The translations under genes and the position numbers were made by a program. The notes under the pieces are model-generated. The model had not been told where the DNA came from. It saw nothing but the letters and a program-made list of their open reading frames with translations, and ran no database searches. Below are positions 39,723 through 53,392 of a DNA stretch of 64,000 bases, piece by piece. Origin of the DNA: Ptychomitrium polyphyllum (taxonomy: Eukaryota); NCBI GenBank assembly GCA_973851085.1, contig OZ316776.1, forward strand, positions 2,480,001 to 2,544,000. The letters run 5' to 3'. How positions within the stretch are numbered: the first letter of the stretch is position 1; each line of letters opens with the position of its first letter.

Positions 39723-41904
39723 GGTCCACTTTACAGATTTTTCCCTCAATTTTTTTTTTTGCTGAGGTTGCCAAACGACATTGCAAGATCACTGGTCATG
39801 GTAAAATCCACAAGGCAATCGTTTTACATCACAGAGGCATGTTGTCAGTCTGTGGTATCATACCTTGGCGTATTGCTGGGCAATAGTACATTATTCACCA
39901 ATGAAGTCAGTGGTATCTTTGCAAAGAGTTTTCTTTTTTCTTTCACCTTTTATGTCAATTACAATAATGATTTACAAACGTATTCGACTTGGTCGAGGAC
40001 TCCAACAATAGTAGCATCGTGAGTCTCTCAAGGCTATGAGAATATAATTGTGTACTGTATGCATGGTCAATTTTTAGCATATTTGTGCAGGACAATTCAT
40101 AATTTCTTCAAAATAGCATTTGGCATATGGATTTGTTCAAATACATTTTTTTCTAGCAGGTATTATTAGAAAACATTTTTGACTGGCCCTTGCATACAGT
40201 ATGTCTAGTGCAAAAAGCTAAGGAATCCCAATGAAATCATACCTTGGCCCATATAGACTACATGACTTCAGAAGCTTTGTTCAGCTTGGATGTTGTGTAA
40301 ATTTTGAGAGATGCATTAGAATACAGCCCAATACGCCAAGTGGCTAGCAGGAACATCCACTGGATCTTTTTTATCCCAAACAACTCTTTATACAATATTC
40401 AGCATCAAGGAAATATTTGAGAATACTGTAGAGGGTATTCCAGTGTAAGGTACACTTTGAAGCTATGTAAGTTTACTCATTATACTTCTGGCATTTCCCA
40501 GGGCACTTTGGGCATTTTGTTTGAGCCTGTGGGTTTACCTGTTGGCTTTCAGTTGGCATTTGATTTGACTGATCAATCATCTAGAAATTGGTTCATATCG
40601 ATTGTATACCATTTAAGGAATGAGGTGGGTCACCTTCAAGGTAACTACATTTATAAATAGGAACTTAAGATTTTTAGTATATATCTTATCAAATAGATTA
40701 TAGTATTTTTAAGAAACTTGAAGCATGCACACAAAAAGAATAATAAATCTATCATGTTTTTTAATGTATTTTTTGATTTTTTTGAAAAAAGTTATGGATA
40801 TTTAAAATTAGATTATTCTACATGGCTAATAAATTTTCTAATCACCTTGAGAATTATCTTGTCCAACCAACACCTTAATCCACATAACCATGACATTGTC
40901 TTCTAAAAGATAATTCCTTCATTTAGACATATAACTCATTTTCAAAACCTTGATTTTACAAAAGATTGAGGGGATTTATGCACTAAGTGACCAAATTATA
41001 CTTATACCTTCATGCATTTAATGGCACATGCCCTTACTATAGTAAAGGTATGGTAAGTATAATTGACATTGTAGCTTAGTAATGACACTCCTTGGATTTT
41101 TTGAGATATAATTTCACTCTAAGATTGCTTTTAACATGTCAGTCTGGAATAAAAAGTATAATGTCCTTATACAAACATTATGGTTCTATTCTCTTCTTCC
41201 TTAAAATAAATTTTAGTAATCGACATCAATTCTCATTCAACACAAAAATAACATCTTTAGTGTACCATTCATTCTCTAATTTTCACTTACACAGTGAGAC
41301 TGAGTTGCTTCAACTAGGGAAGAATGTTATGACTTCTGTCGCTACAGTGTTACTCCTAGGCTTCCAAGAAATTGACCTTCACACTGCATAGGAGGTTCCA
41401 GCTGTGAACTATTCTGTGTCAACATGTTGATACAACATGTACCCTTTGACTTGTTGGCAAGGGGTCCACATCCACCAGAGTCATAATTACACCATTTGGG
41501 ATGATCCTTGGGGAAGAGTTATCTTTCCTTGCCGGCAAGGTGGCAAATGCTCTAATGAGCGGCCCCAATCAGAGGGGTCATCAAGTGCAAAATCTGGTGG
41601 CTCCATACCAAAATACTTAAATTTTGTCATTCTTGTGATTTATGTATTCTTCTGACCTTCACTCTACTCACCATAACCATCTGTCCACCTTTTTATGACA
41701 AGCCTTCAGCTTACGTACTCTGGTGCTGGTGTGCCGCCCATGGATAAATGAACTGTACCTCCTTGAAGAAATATCAATATGCCATTCTGTATAAAAGAGC
41801 TAGTCATCTACACTGTCACGGCCAGTCTGTTCAGTCCATCTTGAGTGACTCCATTCTTTTCTTTGATAACTTAATATTGAGTCACTAGAACTGCAATAAG
41901 AACT

Positions 41905-42812
41905 TTATACCAATCTGAAAAACTACTACACACTAATGAATATGATTGATGTTACACACTAATGAATATTATTGATGCCAAATCATAAGCTTCCTGCATT
42001 TTTACCAAAAAAATGTCCATGCATGTGTAGATGTTACTAAAGTGTAGAGGATACCCAGATAATTCTCACAAATGTAACTCCAGTGTTGGAGAAATTAGTA
42101 ATTTACTGGATTCACATCATAGTGACACCATTTGAATTCAAGAAACCTGCTCAACACAAAGAGTTTGTGAATTCTCAGTGAACAGTGGTGGCTGTTGGCT
42201 TTACTTCTTGAGCACTGAACTGTCCTCTCAGGAGTCCTGTGTAGTCAATCATATGGGCAGGTCCTCTAGAGTTTGCGGTCTCAATGCCATCATTGCCATC
42301 TGTAAAGTCCATAAGGAACATAGTAACCAGTATTTGCCATTAGACAAAATTTTCCAAACTAGTATTCAGTTTGAACAAAGACAAATTTGTCGCTTCCAGA
42401 TGACTTCTGTAGAATGAATTGCTACAGAACATGTGCAGTTCAAAATTACTAGATAGATCCATAATCTCATGTTTGGCATCTGTCAACGCGGCTACTCTAC
42501 AGCTAAGCAACACGTTTCCAATCATTGAATCAATCCCCGCTGGACAGCCAAGTGGCAGGCTTTTTGATGACTGGATCTCTCAAGTGCAATTTTCAGTTTT
42601 TCCTACGGACTTAGGACCGCAGTTGTCTTTGCAGATATCCAGCTAAGCATGGAGGAGCTCAGAGCTGAACAATTAGTATTTGGAAAACAAAACCAATATA
42701 TGCACCAGTGCCAAATCTCCAATCTACTCATTTGTCTTTGCAACTTGTGCCAAAGTTTCAGAGTTGTACTATTAGTTTCTCCAGGGAATGGGAAATTCAA
42801 GGCACCTGGCTG
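41905..42812 (-). pseudogene. Decayed coding-like frame, family unidentified
   Basis: A single frame reads protein-like (GCPAGIDSMIGNVLLSCRVAALTDAKHEIMDLSSNFELHMFC, MFLMDFTDGNDGIETANSRGPAHMIDYTGLLRGQF) with many stops. It is locally GC-richer than its flanks and has a Ser-rich antisense shadow ORF. Confidence 0.35.
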
Positions 42813-44686
42813 CATTTATAGTTGACAGATTGATTAAGTCTTCAGAAGATGGTGGATAAGGGTCGGTGGAATGTGTTTTCACTTCTTGTACGTTGCAACA
42901 TGTCGTTTTTAACAGGAGCTTCCTTGATCATTGTAGCTAACAGCAACTTATAAACTCAAGCTGCAAAAATAAATTAAAAAATAAATTAGATAAATTAAAA
43001 TTAAAAACTTCTAAACTTGATTCTGTTAAGTTTATCAGTTTCTGTAAGTCACAACAATCAAGCTGGATTCAGACTTGCACCTGATCATGCTGACCTTGCA
43101 AATTCTATGTATGGACACAAGTCATACTGTTGATTTTCTGCAAGTCCTTCAAAGTCATGAGGAGTATCCTAATATTTTTTAGGAGTTCAGGTGGGTCATC
43201 CTCAAAGCAACAATGCCACAAGTCTATGGCGAGTCCTATTGTGAAGGGGTTAGTTACCGACCCCGTCGAGGGCTTCCTTAACATGGATTATTGCTCAATA
43301 ACCAAAGATATATATGGTTCGGCTAGCTATTGTAACTTAAAATTAACGTAGGTAGAATCTTGGTTCAAATATATATAAAGAAGAGTTGTCCTTTGAGACG
43401 GCATGTAGGTTTTTATATTAACATTAGTTACTAATTCTACCTAAACTTTTATATATCCCTTTTTTGCTAATAGAGTTTTGTATTGTTTTGATATTTCTTG
43501 TAATTGGTGTGTTTTGTTCTAAGTTTTGTTCGAAATTTGCTATTAGGATATTAATTGAGTTGGTAACTCCATTAGTTTCTATTAAGCATTGTGTAGTCAA
43601 TTACCAAAAGAACAACAAACTACTAACAAGGTAATACTTAGTGGAGTATTTTTTGCTCTTAATAGCATTCAATATTTTTAAATTCCTCTTGGGATACATG
43701 TCCAAGAGAATAAGAATTCTAATGCACTTCAAAATTTATAGTTTGGACAATATATGGAAAAATCATGTATATTTGAAATTGGAAATCCTTAAGGTTCTTT
43801 TCCATTTATTCCAAATAACTAAGAAAATTGCTAAAACATATCATGTTTGTGGCACAATTGCGTCAACTAATTTTTTTGATTGAATCAATAATGATTTAGC
43901 ATTTTTTTCCAAAACATTTAGAAGAGTGGATTTACTAAATAGATGGAAGGTACTCACTTTGTAGAACCATTATTTTCAGAATTGTGGTTGTTGAGATTAA
44001 TTAAGACACTTTTGACCTTCTTTGATGCAAATTGATAGTTAAAATTCATGTCAACCATTTCTAGTTTGGTTTATTTGCATTGAAGGCACTACTAAATAAT
44101 GGAATTGATGAAGAATTTTTAATTTCCATACAATTATTTAAAATGTCAATCCTCATTTTCAATAGAAGTGTTACACTTTAAAAAATGCATTCTCTAAAAA
44201 TTTAAGCATAATTTAATTTTTGATGAAAGATGGTTTGCAAGAATAACAATCATCTTCTTTCACTTTGAAAAAACAAATATGAGAGAAATAGGAAGTTGTT
44301 AATGATTCTAACCTTTATCCATCATTTAAGAATTCTTATCTTTGGAAGGATGAAAGTTTTTGAAAAATGAAAAATGATGAGAAATGTTGACAACTTGCCA
44401 CCTCAATGATCTTTTTCGTCCCAAAATAATAAAGGAATATTTCTCATTTATGTTAACCGTTTTTCATTGGTATATAATGTTTTTTTATATTTCAAATTTC
44501 AGAGAATTTTCCTCAAAGGTGGGGCACCCCCTACTCCTACAATTTTTTTACAAAATTGTAGGTCCCTCTAGAATATATAAATTTCTAGCAAATGTTTCCA
44601 ACAAGAACCAGAGATGTCCTGTGAATACCCCTAGTGTTCTTCTTCTAGTTATATGTATATTTTCTGCATTTCCGTTTTATGTGCAG

Positions 44687-45133
44687 GAAGTACTTCAATT
44701 ACAATAATGCTAGGACAAACATCAGGACCCTGGCCCTGTACAAGTATTACAGGCAGCCTGAGCAGGGGTTTGAAGCTGAGGGTGCAAATTTGCAAAATCA
44801 AAAGGAGATTTGCAGGACTAATGCACAACACGGACCAGGCTGGATGAGACTCCTTTGGACTTCTGCTAACCCTTCACCTACCTTGCCTGATTGTCAAACT
44901 TCTGCTACCAGCTTTGAATAAAACATCAACAAATTGGTTACTATTACATACAGTGGTTACAATGTTGTGGGATGTACTGATATCCGACTTGTAACAATGC
45001 CTGGCTGGCTCATCAGGCTGTCAATCACACAATAATCTCCAGTATTCTTGGCTATCATGACTCATAGGATGTTATGATTTCCAGCAGAAAATTATCATTT
45101 CCAGTATTTATGTGGGGCTTCAGGGAAAGACAG
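44687..45133 (+). pseudogene. Isolated 447-nt symmetric exon with three in-frame stops
   Basis: Acceptor TTTTATGTGCAG| and donor ACAG|GTAGAA; length is 149 codons. Reads RKYFNYNNARTNIRTLALYKYYRQPEQG...SFE*NINKLVTITYSGYNVVGCTDIRLVTMPGWLIRLSITQ*. Confidence 0.45.
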
Positions 45134-47417
45134 GTAGAAAACATTATTGGTACTGTATGAGCTACACTTAAAATTATATTTAGTATCATTTAAAATCCAA
45201 TAACATTTTACTCTAACAATGTTTACTTTCTCATACATCCTTTTCAATGGATAGAATCCTTTGGTAAAAGTATTCATCATGCTTTAAAATGATTAAATAG
45301 TTGATATGGTTGGCACTGAATTAAATTTTTAGTGTAGCTTATGTCTTTTTTTTAAGGATTGAAACACAAACTTGGTAAAGCTTTTAAACAGAAAATCAAT
45401 GTAAAATACAGTGTGATTGTTGTAAGTGCAACTGTGGTAGTGGGCATCACAAAATTCAATTCAAAATGTGTGGGTTGACTGCTGGTTCCACCAACTCTTG
45501 ACCTGGTCTTTTCTTGTTGAGAGTATACAAAAACCACACGTCAATTGCTTTATTTATTAAATAAGTAACACATTGTACTACCTCATATGGAAAACCTGGT
45601 TATGGGTGATATGCATAGAAGCGCTCAAGGAGGCAAAGGATCTATTGTTAACAGTATAATCTCTAACTGCTTCAAATGATAGTCTCAGTGTGAATGAACA
45701 CTTTGGCTATAATTTTGGCATGGAAGGAGTCTGTGTTTTGGAAATATGAAGAAGAGAATAGGGGTTTCAACCCTTACTTAAATGAAATTATAAGATCACA
45801 TGAAAAAGAATCTAGAGTAAATATGTGGATTTTGTAGCAAATAAATAGATTTATTTTGAGTATTTTATGGAACATAAGGTAGAGTTACTCTTGCAATAAC
45901 ATATTTTGTTGATATTATGTACATCAATTGAGAAAGTAAGCTTGTGAATTATAGAGGAAAAAGAGTTTTTTTTCAATGAAGTAAAGGTGAAGAAATGTAC
46001 ATTTTATTTTAACAATGTATTGTAGAGTGCACTTCACTAAGGATTTGAATTAATGTGTTTGTATATATGTATATGTTTTTACACATTTATCAATGTGATT
46101 GCCTAAGTAGTTCCTTATGCGTTCAAGTTTCCATTTTGCAAATGTGTGTAAATAATGGCTTTTCAATCCAATATTGTACTATATTTCTATCATAATTTAA
46201 TAGAATTTAAAGCATTATTCCCCATAGCCATCAATCAAAATTATTATAAATACAATCATTTTGAATTTGCAAATTCATAACTCATGTGTTCAATATGAAA
46301 AGCAGTGGACAAGCTATTATATTGCAATAATAGCATTTGTGTAAATTGAAAATTTTGTTATATTATATATACATAGCTTTGTAAAAATTGTTGTATATAT
46401 AATATAACAAACCTATACATGAAAGCTTCACTTGCAATTCCAATGCCAAAAATATTACTTTTCAATTCATTTGCTTTACAAAATGAGCAATAAGTATAAA
46501 AAAAGATCCTAAAACTATGAACTTGACAAAGTGTGCCATATATAGCAAGAGTAGTCCAATCATGGTATAAAATAATGTCTAGCAAATTAATCATAGAAAT
46601 GAGATGCCTAAGGATTTTCTTGTTTTTAGGAAGGTACAATCATATTGATTTAGCACATCTCAATTATTAGGCAACATCTACTCTAGTGGATTTTTAGTTC
46701 AACTGTGCTCCATGATATGATTCTATGTACACATACTCCAATACTCATACACATCCTCATGACATGAACCTAATGTGGGATACAATACACATGCATTCTG
46801 ATATCATAACCCATGTCCAAATGATATAAACAGAGACTCTCCCATACTTCCTTGTTCAACATAATTGGTAGCCTCAAGAAATTTTCTCATTGTGTTTTGT
46901 AGAACCTACTCTTCAGCTGAGTGTTGATGATCATTCACTCCAATAGCATGCCTAGTAGACTCGACCCTGTTCTTCATAAACTTCCAGCACTGCTTAATCC
47001 AATTCACAAGCAACTTAACTGCATAGAAACGAATATCTCCACAAGTTAAACAAACAATATCTTTGTGTTCTCAGCTCTCACATACTAATCACACCACAAA
47101 AATATCACAGAAACGTCACTGCATGAATTTTGCAAACGTTATTGTAAGGTAGTGTGCTCAGGTGGAGAGAGCACTGAAACGAGAATCCAGTTCAAGGAAA
47201 AACCAGACGTCCCCTTGAAGAGAACGTCTACACAAAGTACGTAGATTCTAGCTAAGAAGCACCGGAGAACTTGTCATGTTCAAGTTAAGTTCAGCTGAAT
47301 TTGTCAGGTTTTGCCAAGCTGCTGCACATTTTGCGTTGATGATTTGAGCTCTTGATTGTTGCGAGAGATTTGAGGCTCCGGGATTTTGAGGCCCTGGGAG
47401 CAGGGATTCTGGTGAAG

Positions 47418-50400
47418 ATGCTCCGGAGTCTTATGTTCTCGCAAGCTGCACGGAGGTCGCTCTTGTGTGGACCGCTGATCTGGAGTTTCTCGCCGTTGCC
47501 GGCAGTTGCGAGGTTGACTTGGCGGTGGAGCTCGCAGTGGGAGGGCGGTGCAGGGCGTGAGGAGTTGGTGTCTGGTGGTTTCGGTCGGATGTTGGCCTCG
47601 CTAGGCGGTGTTGACAAGATGGGTAAGAAGGTGGGTACGCATAATGGGAGTTTCCACTGCGACGAGGCGCTCGGGTGCTTCATGATCCGTCTTACGGATA
47701 AGTTTGCTGATGCGGAGATTGTGCGGACCCGGGATCAGAAGGTGCGAGAGACGGTTTCTTTTGGTGTCTTTTGCTGATGTTGATTGAATCTCGGGGGTTT
47801 AGGGTTTTGAGAGGTGGGGGTTGAAGTGTCAGATTCAGGGATTATCGGATCCCTAATTTTTTCATACCACATTTTGAAATTGGCGTGAATTTTGGATTGG
47901 AATATGATGTCTGTCGAAGCCCTGGGTCTGTATTTTAATAAGAAAACTAGGAAGATCATGTGTTAGGACGGAGGTTAGGGGAAAGTCGTCGAAGATTGCT
48001 TAAGCTCATGATTTTGTGGAGAAAGGTTTGGCCTCAGTACTCCTAAGTGCTGTGTAGGTCTCTTTATTTTGGAGTGGCACAGAGTGGGGTAATATATGAA
48101 TATGTAATTACGGACTGCCTGCACCTTGGTTCTTGAGAATCACAGATATTTTTTTGCGGCGACCAGATTGATGCAATATGTGATTGTGGTGAGGCCAGTT
48201 CCAATTTTAGGTTTTTAGGAATCTATGATTAGATGCGTCATTTATGGTTTTGTGGTACATCCTTGTGAAGCGTAAGAGTTGAAACAAGATCAGGTTTAAA
48301 CCCTTTAGCTTTACGTAATCTATGGAAAATGACAGGAACATGTGAAATCTGAAGCCATGTTGCTAATGCACAAGGAAGCGTTCTGTAACAACACTGCCTC
48401 TATCTACTTGAGATGGCGTTTTGCATTTCCTCTCAAAAACCACGTTGATGCCTTTTGAGACTTGGATATTCGGACCCGATGAAAGAAAATTGTGCTAGTA
48501 TGGTAATTAAGGCATGACCATTGCATGATCTGAACATCGCGACATGGAGAGCTTGTTCTTGTTAAAGGTGTTGAATGTTTGTTCATGCTGTTTGATTCAG
48601 GTCCTGGAAACATTGGATGCTGTGCTGGACGTGGGTGGTGTATATGATCCTGCAACTGATCGCTATGACCATCATCAGCGTGGGTTTGACCAGAATTTTG
48701 GCTATGGATTCGTCACAAAGCTAAGTAGTGCTGGACTCGTTTACAAGGTAGAATTTCTCCCGGACCTTCAATGCCATCCTGGGAAAGAATGCACCTTACT
48801 CTATTATTCCCTTCCTGTTGTAAACTTGAGGTCAAGTTGCTTGTTTGTATTCGGTTGAATTGCATCATACTGTTTACCCCTGAGCCGTTGGTCAGCATTT
48901 CCTTACTTGCAAGTTCACTAGTAGATATCAAGAGCAAGTTTTGAGATCTGATATTTCTTGACCATTTTTGCAGCATTATGGACAAGAGATAGTTGCGAAG
49001 GAGCTAGGTCTGAGTGAGGATCATCCAGATGTTCAGCGGGTCTTTTTGGCAGTTTACAAAAGCTTCATGGAGGTACTCATCTCTTTTCCCTGCATTGTTG
49101 GGTCTGCAACGCAAGAGTGTTGGGGCATTGGTAACTTGAGTACAAGACGCTGCGAAACTATCTTAACTTGAGACCTCAGGAGTCAAAAAGAAGCTTAGGG
49201 GTTTAGACGCTTATGGTGACTTTCACAAGGATGCACCTTGTGGCCTTATGTACACTTTGTAGTTAGGCATAAGTATTGTACTTGATTGCTCCTGAATGAT
49301 GCCAGGTAACGAGGGATTAACTTGGGAAGTTCTGTGAGCTGCAAACATTTATGGGGTCGTTGATGATGCAGTAATGATGTAGTGGATGTTTGAGTATTTT
49401 TCTGTGTGCAGGCTATAGATGGGGTTGATAACGGAATTAATCTGTATGACACAGACAAACTCCCTCGTTATGCAAATGATACACACTTGTCAGCTAGAGT
49501 GGGAAGACTGAATCCTGATTGGATGGACGAGCAGACAACAGAGAATGAAGAAGAAGCTTTTCGCAAAGCCATGAGTCTTACGGGTGGCGAGTTTTTAGAG
49601 GTATATTCATGGGCTTTTTGGTAGACCAAATTCTACCCAAGGCCACGAGGTGGTTTTCTTATGAAAGCCTTAGTTTCACCTTTTAATTCTTGGATTTGTT
49701 ATACGAGTTTGGATGTTTCCAGTACCAAACTTGTTCTCTAAATCAAGCTCTTCAAGGTCTGAGGGATTGATACATGCACTTCTTGTGGTCATGGTTAGCT
49801 GGATATATTGATTATAGGGCTTGGCTTTTGCAGTCAGTATGGTATTATGCCAGATCTTGGCTGCCAGCACGCTGTATTGTGGCAGATTGTATTGCAAATA
49901 GGAAAGAAGCTGATAGTTCTGGCGAAATATTGATCCTTAAGCGCAACTGTCCAGTGAGTTCGTCTTTCACAGCTCACTTTGCTTCACGTCAGTCTTCCAT
50001 TTTGCAATTTTATGATCTGGCGCTACCAAGATAAGATTCCTATCATAATGTGGTTGAGATTGGGTGAACAGTGGAAGGGACACTTAGCTGAGCTTGAAAG
50101 GGAGCTGAACATAGATCCGACAATCAAATATGTACTTTATGAGGTACTGCATCCCTTGCAGTTCTGCAACATTGATATCAATCACGAAAATGGCTATTAC
50201 TTTTTTTTGTTTTTTTGAGTTTTGCATGGTACTGAGTAAGAGGGCTTGAGTGTGCTATTGGTGCTATTTAAGGGCTATTTAGATTGACAACTGTTGGCTC
50301 TTTCCTCCGATGAACCAGTTTGGCTTAGATCAACATGGATCAGTTTCATGGCATATTTGTTCCTGTCCGTTTGACCTGTTGGTATGGAGTCCTGTTTGTG

Positions 50401-50701
50401 CTATCTAAGATGATTTCAAATTGTTATAGGTTTGATTGAAGTTTGGGGTTGTGTGTGGCAGGATGATCGAAGTAAGGGGTGGAGAGTGCAAGCAGTTTCA
50501 ATGAACCTAGGATCGTTTGAAAGCCGATTGCCACTACCTGCAGTATGGCGGGGTCTGAGAGATGATGAACTCTCAAAAGAGTGCGGGGTTGATGGAGGCG
50601 TGTTTGTGCACATGAGTGGCTTTATTGGTGGGAATAAGACATTTGCAGGGGCGCTAGCGATGGCGAAAAAGGCTTTGGCAATGAGGGTGCAGACTGTGTA
50701 G
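47418..50701 (+). CDS. MYG1: MYG1-family (UPF0160) exonuclease with N-terminal organelle-targeting-like extension; exons 47418-47741, 48601-48747, 48974-49072, 49412-49600, 49834-49953, 50072-50143, 50462-50701
   Basis: KKVGTHNGSFHCDEALGCFMIRL, VLDVGGVYDP..RYDHHQRGF, TKLSSAGLVYKHYG, AIDGVDNGI, SRLPLPAVWRGLRDDELS and VFVHMSGFIGGNKT. All introns are GT-AG, phase 0. Confidence 0.96.
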
Positions 50702-51672
50702 GTTTAATTCTGGAGGAGCTTTTTTCTTATTCTTTATACTGAGAATGTATGACTATTAGTATTTAGAATGGATTTGAAAACATTTGCAGTTAATCAGCTC
50801 ATTTCATTATCTTAGCAAAAATGGCATTTTGTTCCTTTTCTTGTCAACCATGCATGGAACGTTAAACAAAATGTATATTGGAAGTCTGAGCATTATGTTC
50901 ACAAGTGAAAAGTATAGTGTATGAGATAATAACTTTGAAAGTGATTTCACTTCAAAAAAAAGAAAAAGTAAAGGACCAAAAATAAAACTTTAGATTTTTC
51001 ACTAGTTTGCACTATGAAAGAGTTGCCATGGTTGAATTAGCGGCACATGACACACTAATAAAGGACATACGCATGACACCCGCACAGAAGGTAGGCATCC
51101 TGAAACTCTAATCCCGGACATAAAAACAAGGTAACAAACAATCAAACCATTCCCTCACTGCCTCCCTAAGGGAATCCTTTATTTTTTCCTTCCTTCTTTC
51201 TTTCTGTCTTTCATTGTTCTTTCATTCTTTCTTGGACCATACTAGTAAAGTGGATTGGAGGATGAAGTAGGAGCCAAGAAATGTTGAGAATAGTGGATAT
51301 ACAATGATACGGTTACACACCGGTAAGGATTGCCACGTGGATTGTCCCGGAAGGATGATGAGACGTTCCCAGCAGTGGATGGGAGAGAAATCTTTATTCA
51401 TCCATGAGGACAGCGACCATCCGAACTACTTTCATCCGACCCAGTAGGGGGTCGGTGCGAGCACCGCCATGGAAGCGCTGGGTTTGTGTCACAACTTCGT
51501 GCTCTCTGCGTCGCAGTGCTCACAATTGTCGCGCGGGTTCTGCCGAAGTGAGGCGCGAGCGATCCCGGAGGCGATGGCCAGGAGCTTAAGGTGATCGGAT
51601 TCTTCAACTGGAGGACTCACATGCGGGGCTCTGAGGTGGAGAATTGAGGCAGCAGTTGCGGATTGAGCGAGG

Positions 51673-53392
51673 ATGGGGGGCGGCACGTTGTGGCGCAGCG
51701 TGGCGCGGGCGGTCGGAGCTGCGGCTCCGACGGTGGCCGTCACCACGAGCACGGCTTACTGCGCTGCATGCACTGCGGCACCAACAGCTTCGCCCCGGAC
51801 GCGAGCGGCGTCGTGCAAGTGCAACGCTACTGTAGGAGCGCAGCCGCATCAGGGGCTGACGGCGGTGAGTCATGGGCCTCGACAGCTCTGGGATCTTGAG
51901 GATTGGGAGATCGCAGGAGACGAGGAGAGGGATCACTACGTCTTTGGATCGCTTCCTACTGTGAAGGAGGTTGAAGAAGCGTCGTCCGACCTCCAGAATG
52001 CGCTTCGTTTGTATGTGTCTCTTGCTTAACCTAAGTTGAGTCAGTTTTCGATGCTTTCGATGATCGAGATTGCTTGGCTTATCGATGCGTGATTTTTTTG
52101 TGTGGATCGGTGGTGAATTGGGTATTAGAAGGTTAGGAACGGCTTTCTACTTTTGAGTTGAACCTTGCTCTCGCTAGTCTTTTTCTGAAGTCATTGGAAG
52201 GTCGTGCGTGTTAGAGGAATTCCTTGGGCCTATGATTTTATCACCTTTATGTTGTCAATGTTTGGATCTGGTTATGGTCGCTGTGCATAAGCTATATTCC
52301 ATGACAGAATGTTGAATTTTGTTTTTTACAGGGGATTCTTTACACCGCCTGTTCCCAAGCCTGAAGCTTTGCTCAAAGCCGAATCTTCTTTAGCGCGCTC
52401 ACCAGGTGGTCCGACTATTGTTGAAGTGACGGAGGTATCAACAGTGACGACAGTTGGAGATGTAGAAGATGAGGTTACTTCGGACCTCTCTGCTCCGACC
52501 TCGCCAGAGGCTTGGATAGAACCTCCATCATACGAGGTGGCTTCTAGCCCCAAGACTCCAGAGGCTCCAAGCAGTGCTATGTTAGAGGCCTTTCATCAGT
52601 TCCAGCACAACCCACAGGTTCAGGTTAGTGGCTCGATATGGTAATATGTATTTTCCCTACGACAAACATCATATGTGCACAGGTTTTAGATATGCCAGTT
52701 ATGAAGAAAATTTCGTCATGATGTTGTCAAATATGAATGGCTCTTTATTCATGCGATTAATGATGATAACTTGGAATACGACTCACAATTGTCTTTTTGT
52801 ATTGTTGTTGTAGGGTATGGTGGTGTCTCTTGCAACCGACAAGGGAGTTTGGGATGCGGTGTTGGCCAATGAAAAAATCAAAGAATTTCGTCGAAATTTT
52901 AGTGCTCCTACATCTGAGGGTACTCCTGTCGATATTACCATCTCTTGCATTAGACTTTCTATGTGTCGAGTGCTTCTACTTGGTTTCTGTTATTGGTAAC
53001 AAAAGTTGTTTGGTAAATTTCAGCCTTGTTGTTTTGCGAATTTCGAGTGTTTTTTGTTGAAATAAGTATGTCATGTGTTGCTTTTAATTTCAGAGGCTCT
53101 TTCCTCTGCAGACTCTCTAGGTGGTGCTATGGATCAGAATGTGAAAGGCTCTCGGAAGAATGTCTTCTCTCGATTTTTCTGGAAATCAAAGAAAGCCTTC
53201 GCCAACTTCATTTCAAATTTTCAGGACTTCGTAACGGCATTGTTCGAGACTGCTGAGAAGAAAGGTCCTGGCGGCATTGACAATGAGAAGACTAATTTCT
53301 TCGAGCGTTCAGTGAAGGCTTGTATGATGCTTGCGGTGTTGGTTTTGGCTATCGTGGTCTTTAAAAGATCAGCTGCAGTGAAGCGGGGTTGA
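51673..53392 (+). CDS. Conserved plant protein of unknown function (UCP012943 / At4g25170-like) with C-terminal membrane anchor; exons 51673-52010, 52332-52623, 52814-52919, 53094-53392
   Basis: MGGGTLWRSVARAVG start, DWEIAG..YVFGSLPTVKEVEEASSDLQNAL, PQVQGMVVSLATDKGVWDAVLANEKIKEF and C-terminal MMLAVLVLAIVVFKR. Introns keep the frame. Confidence 0.85.

Noticed and set aside
43240..44500. Possible LTR start (TGTGAAGGGG...) followed by decayed internal sequence
   Set aside because: No second LTR, TSD or convincing PBS found.
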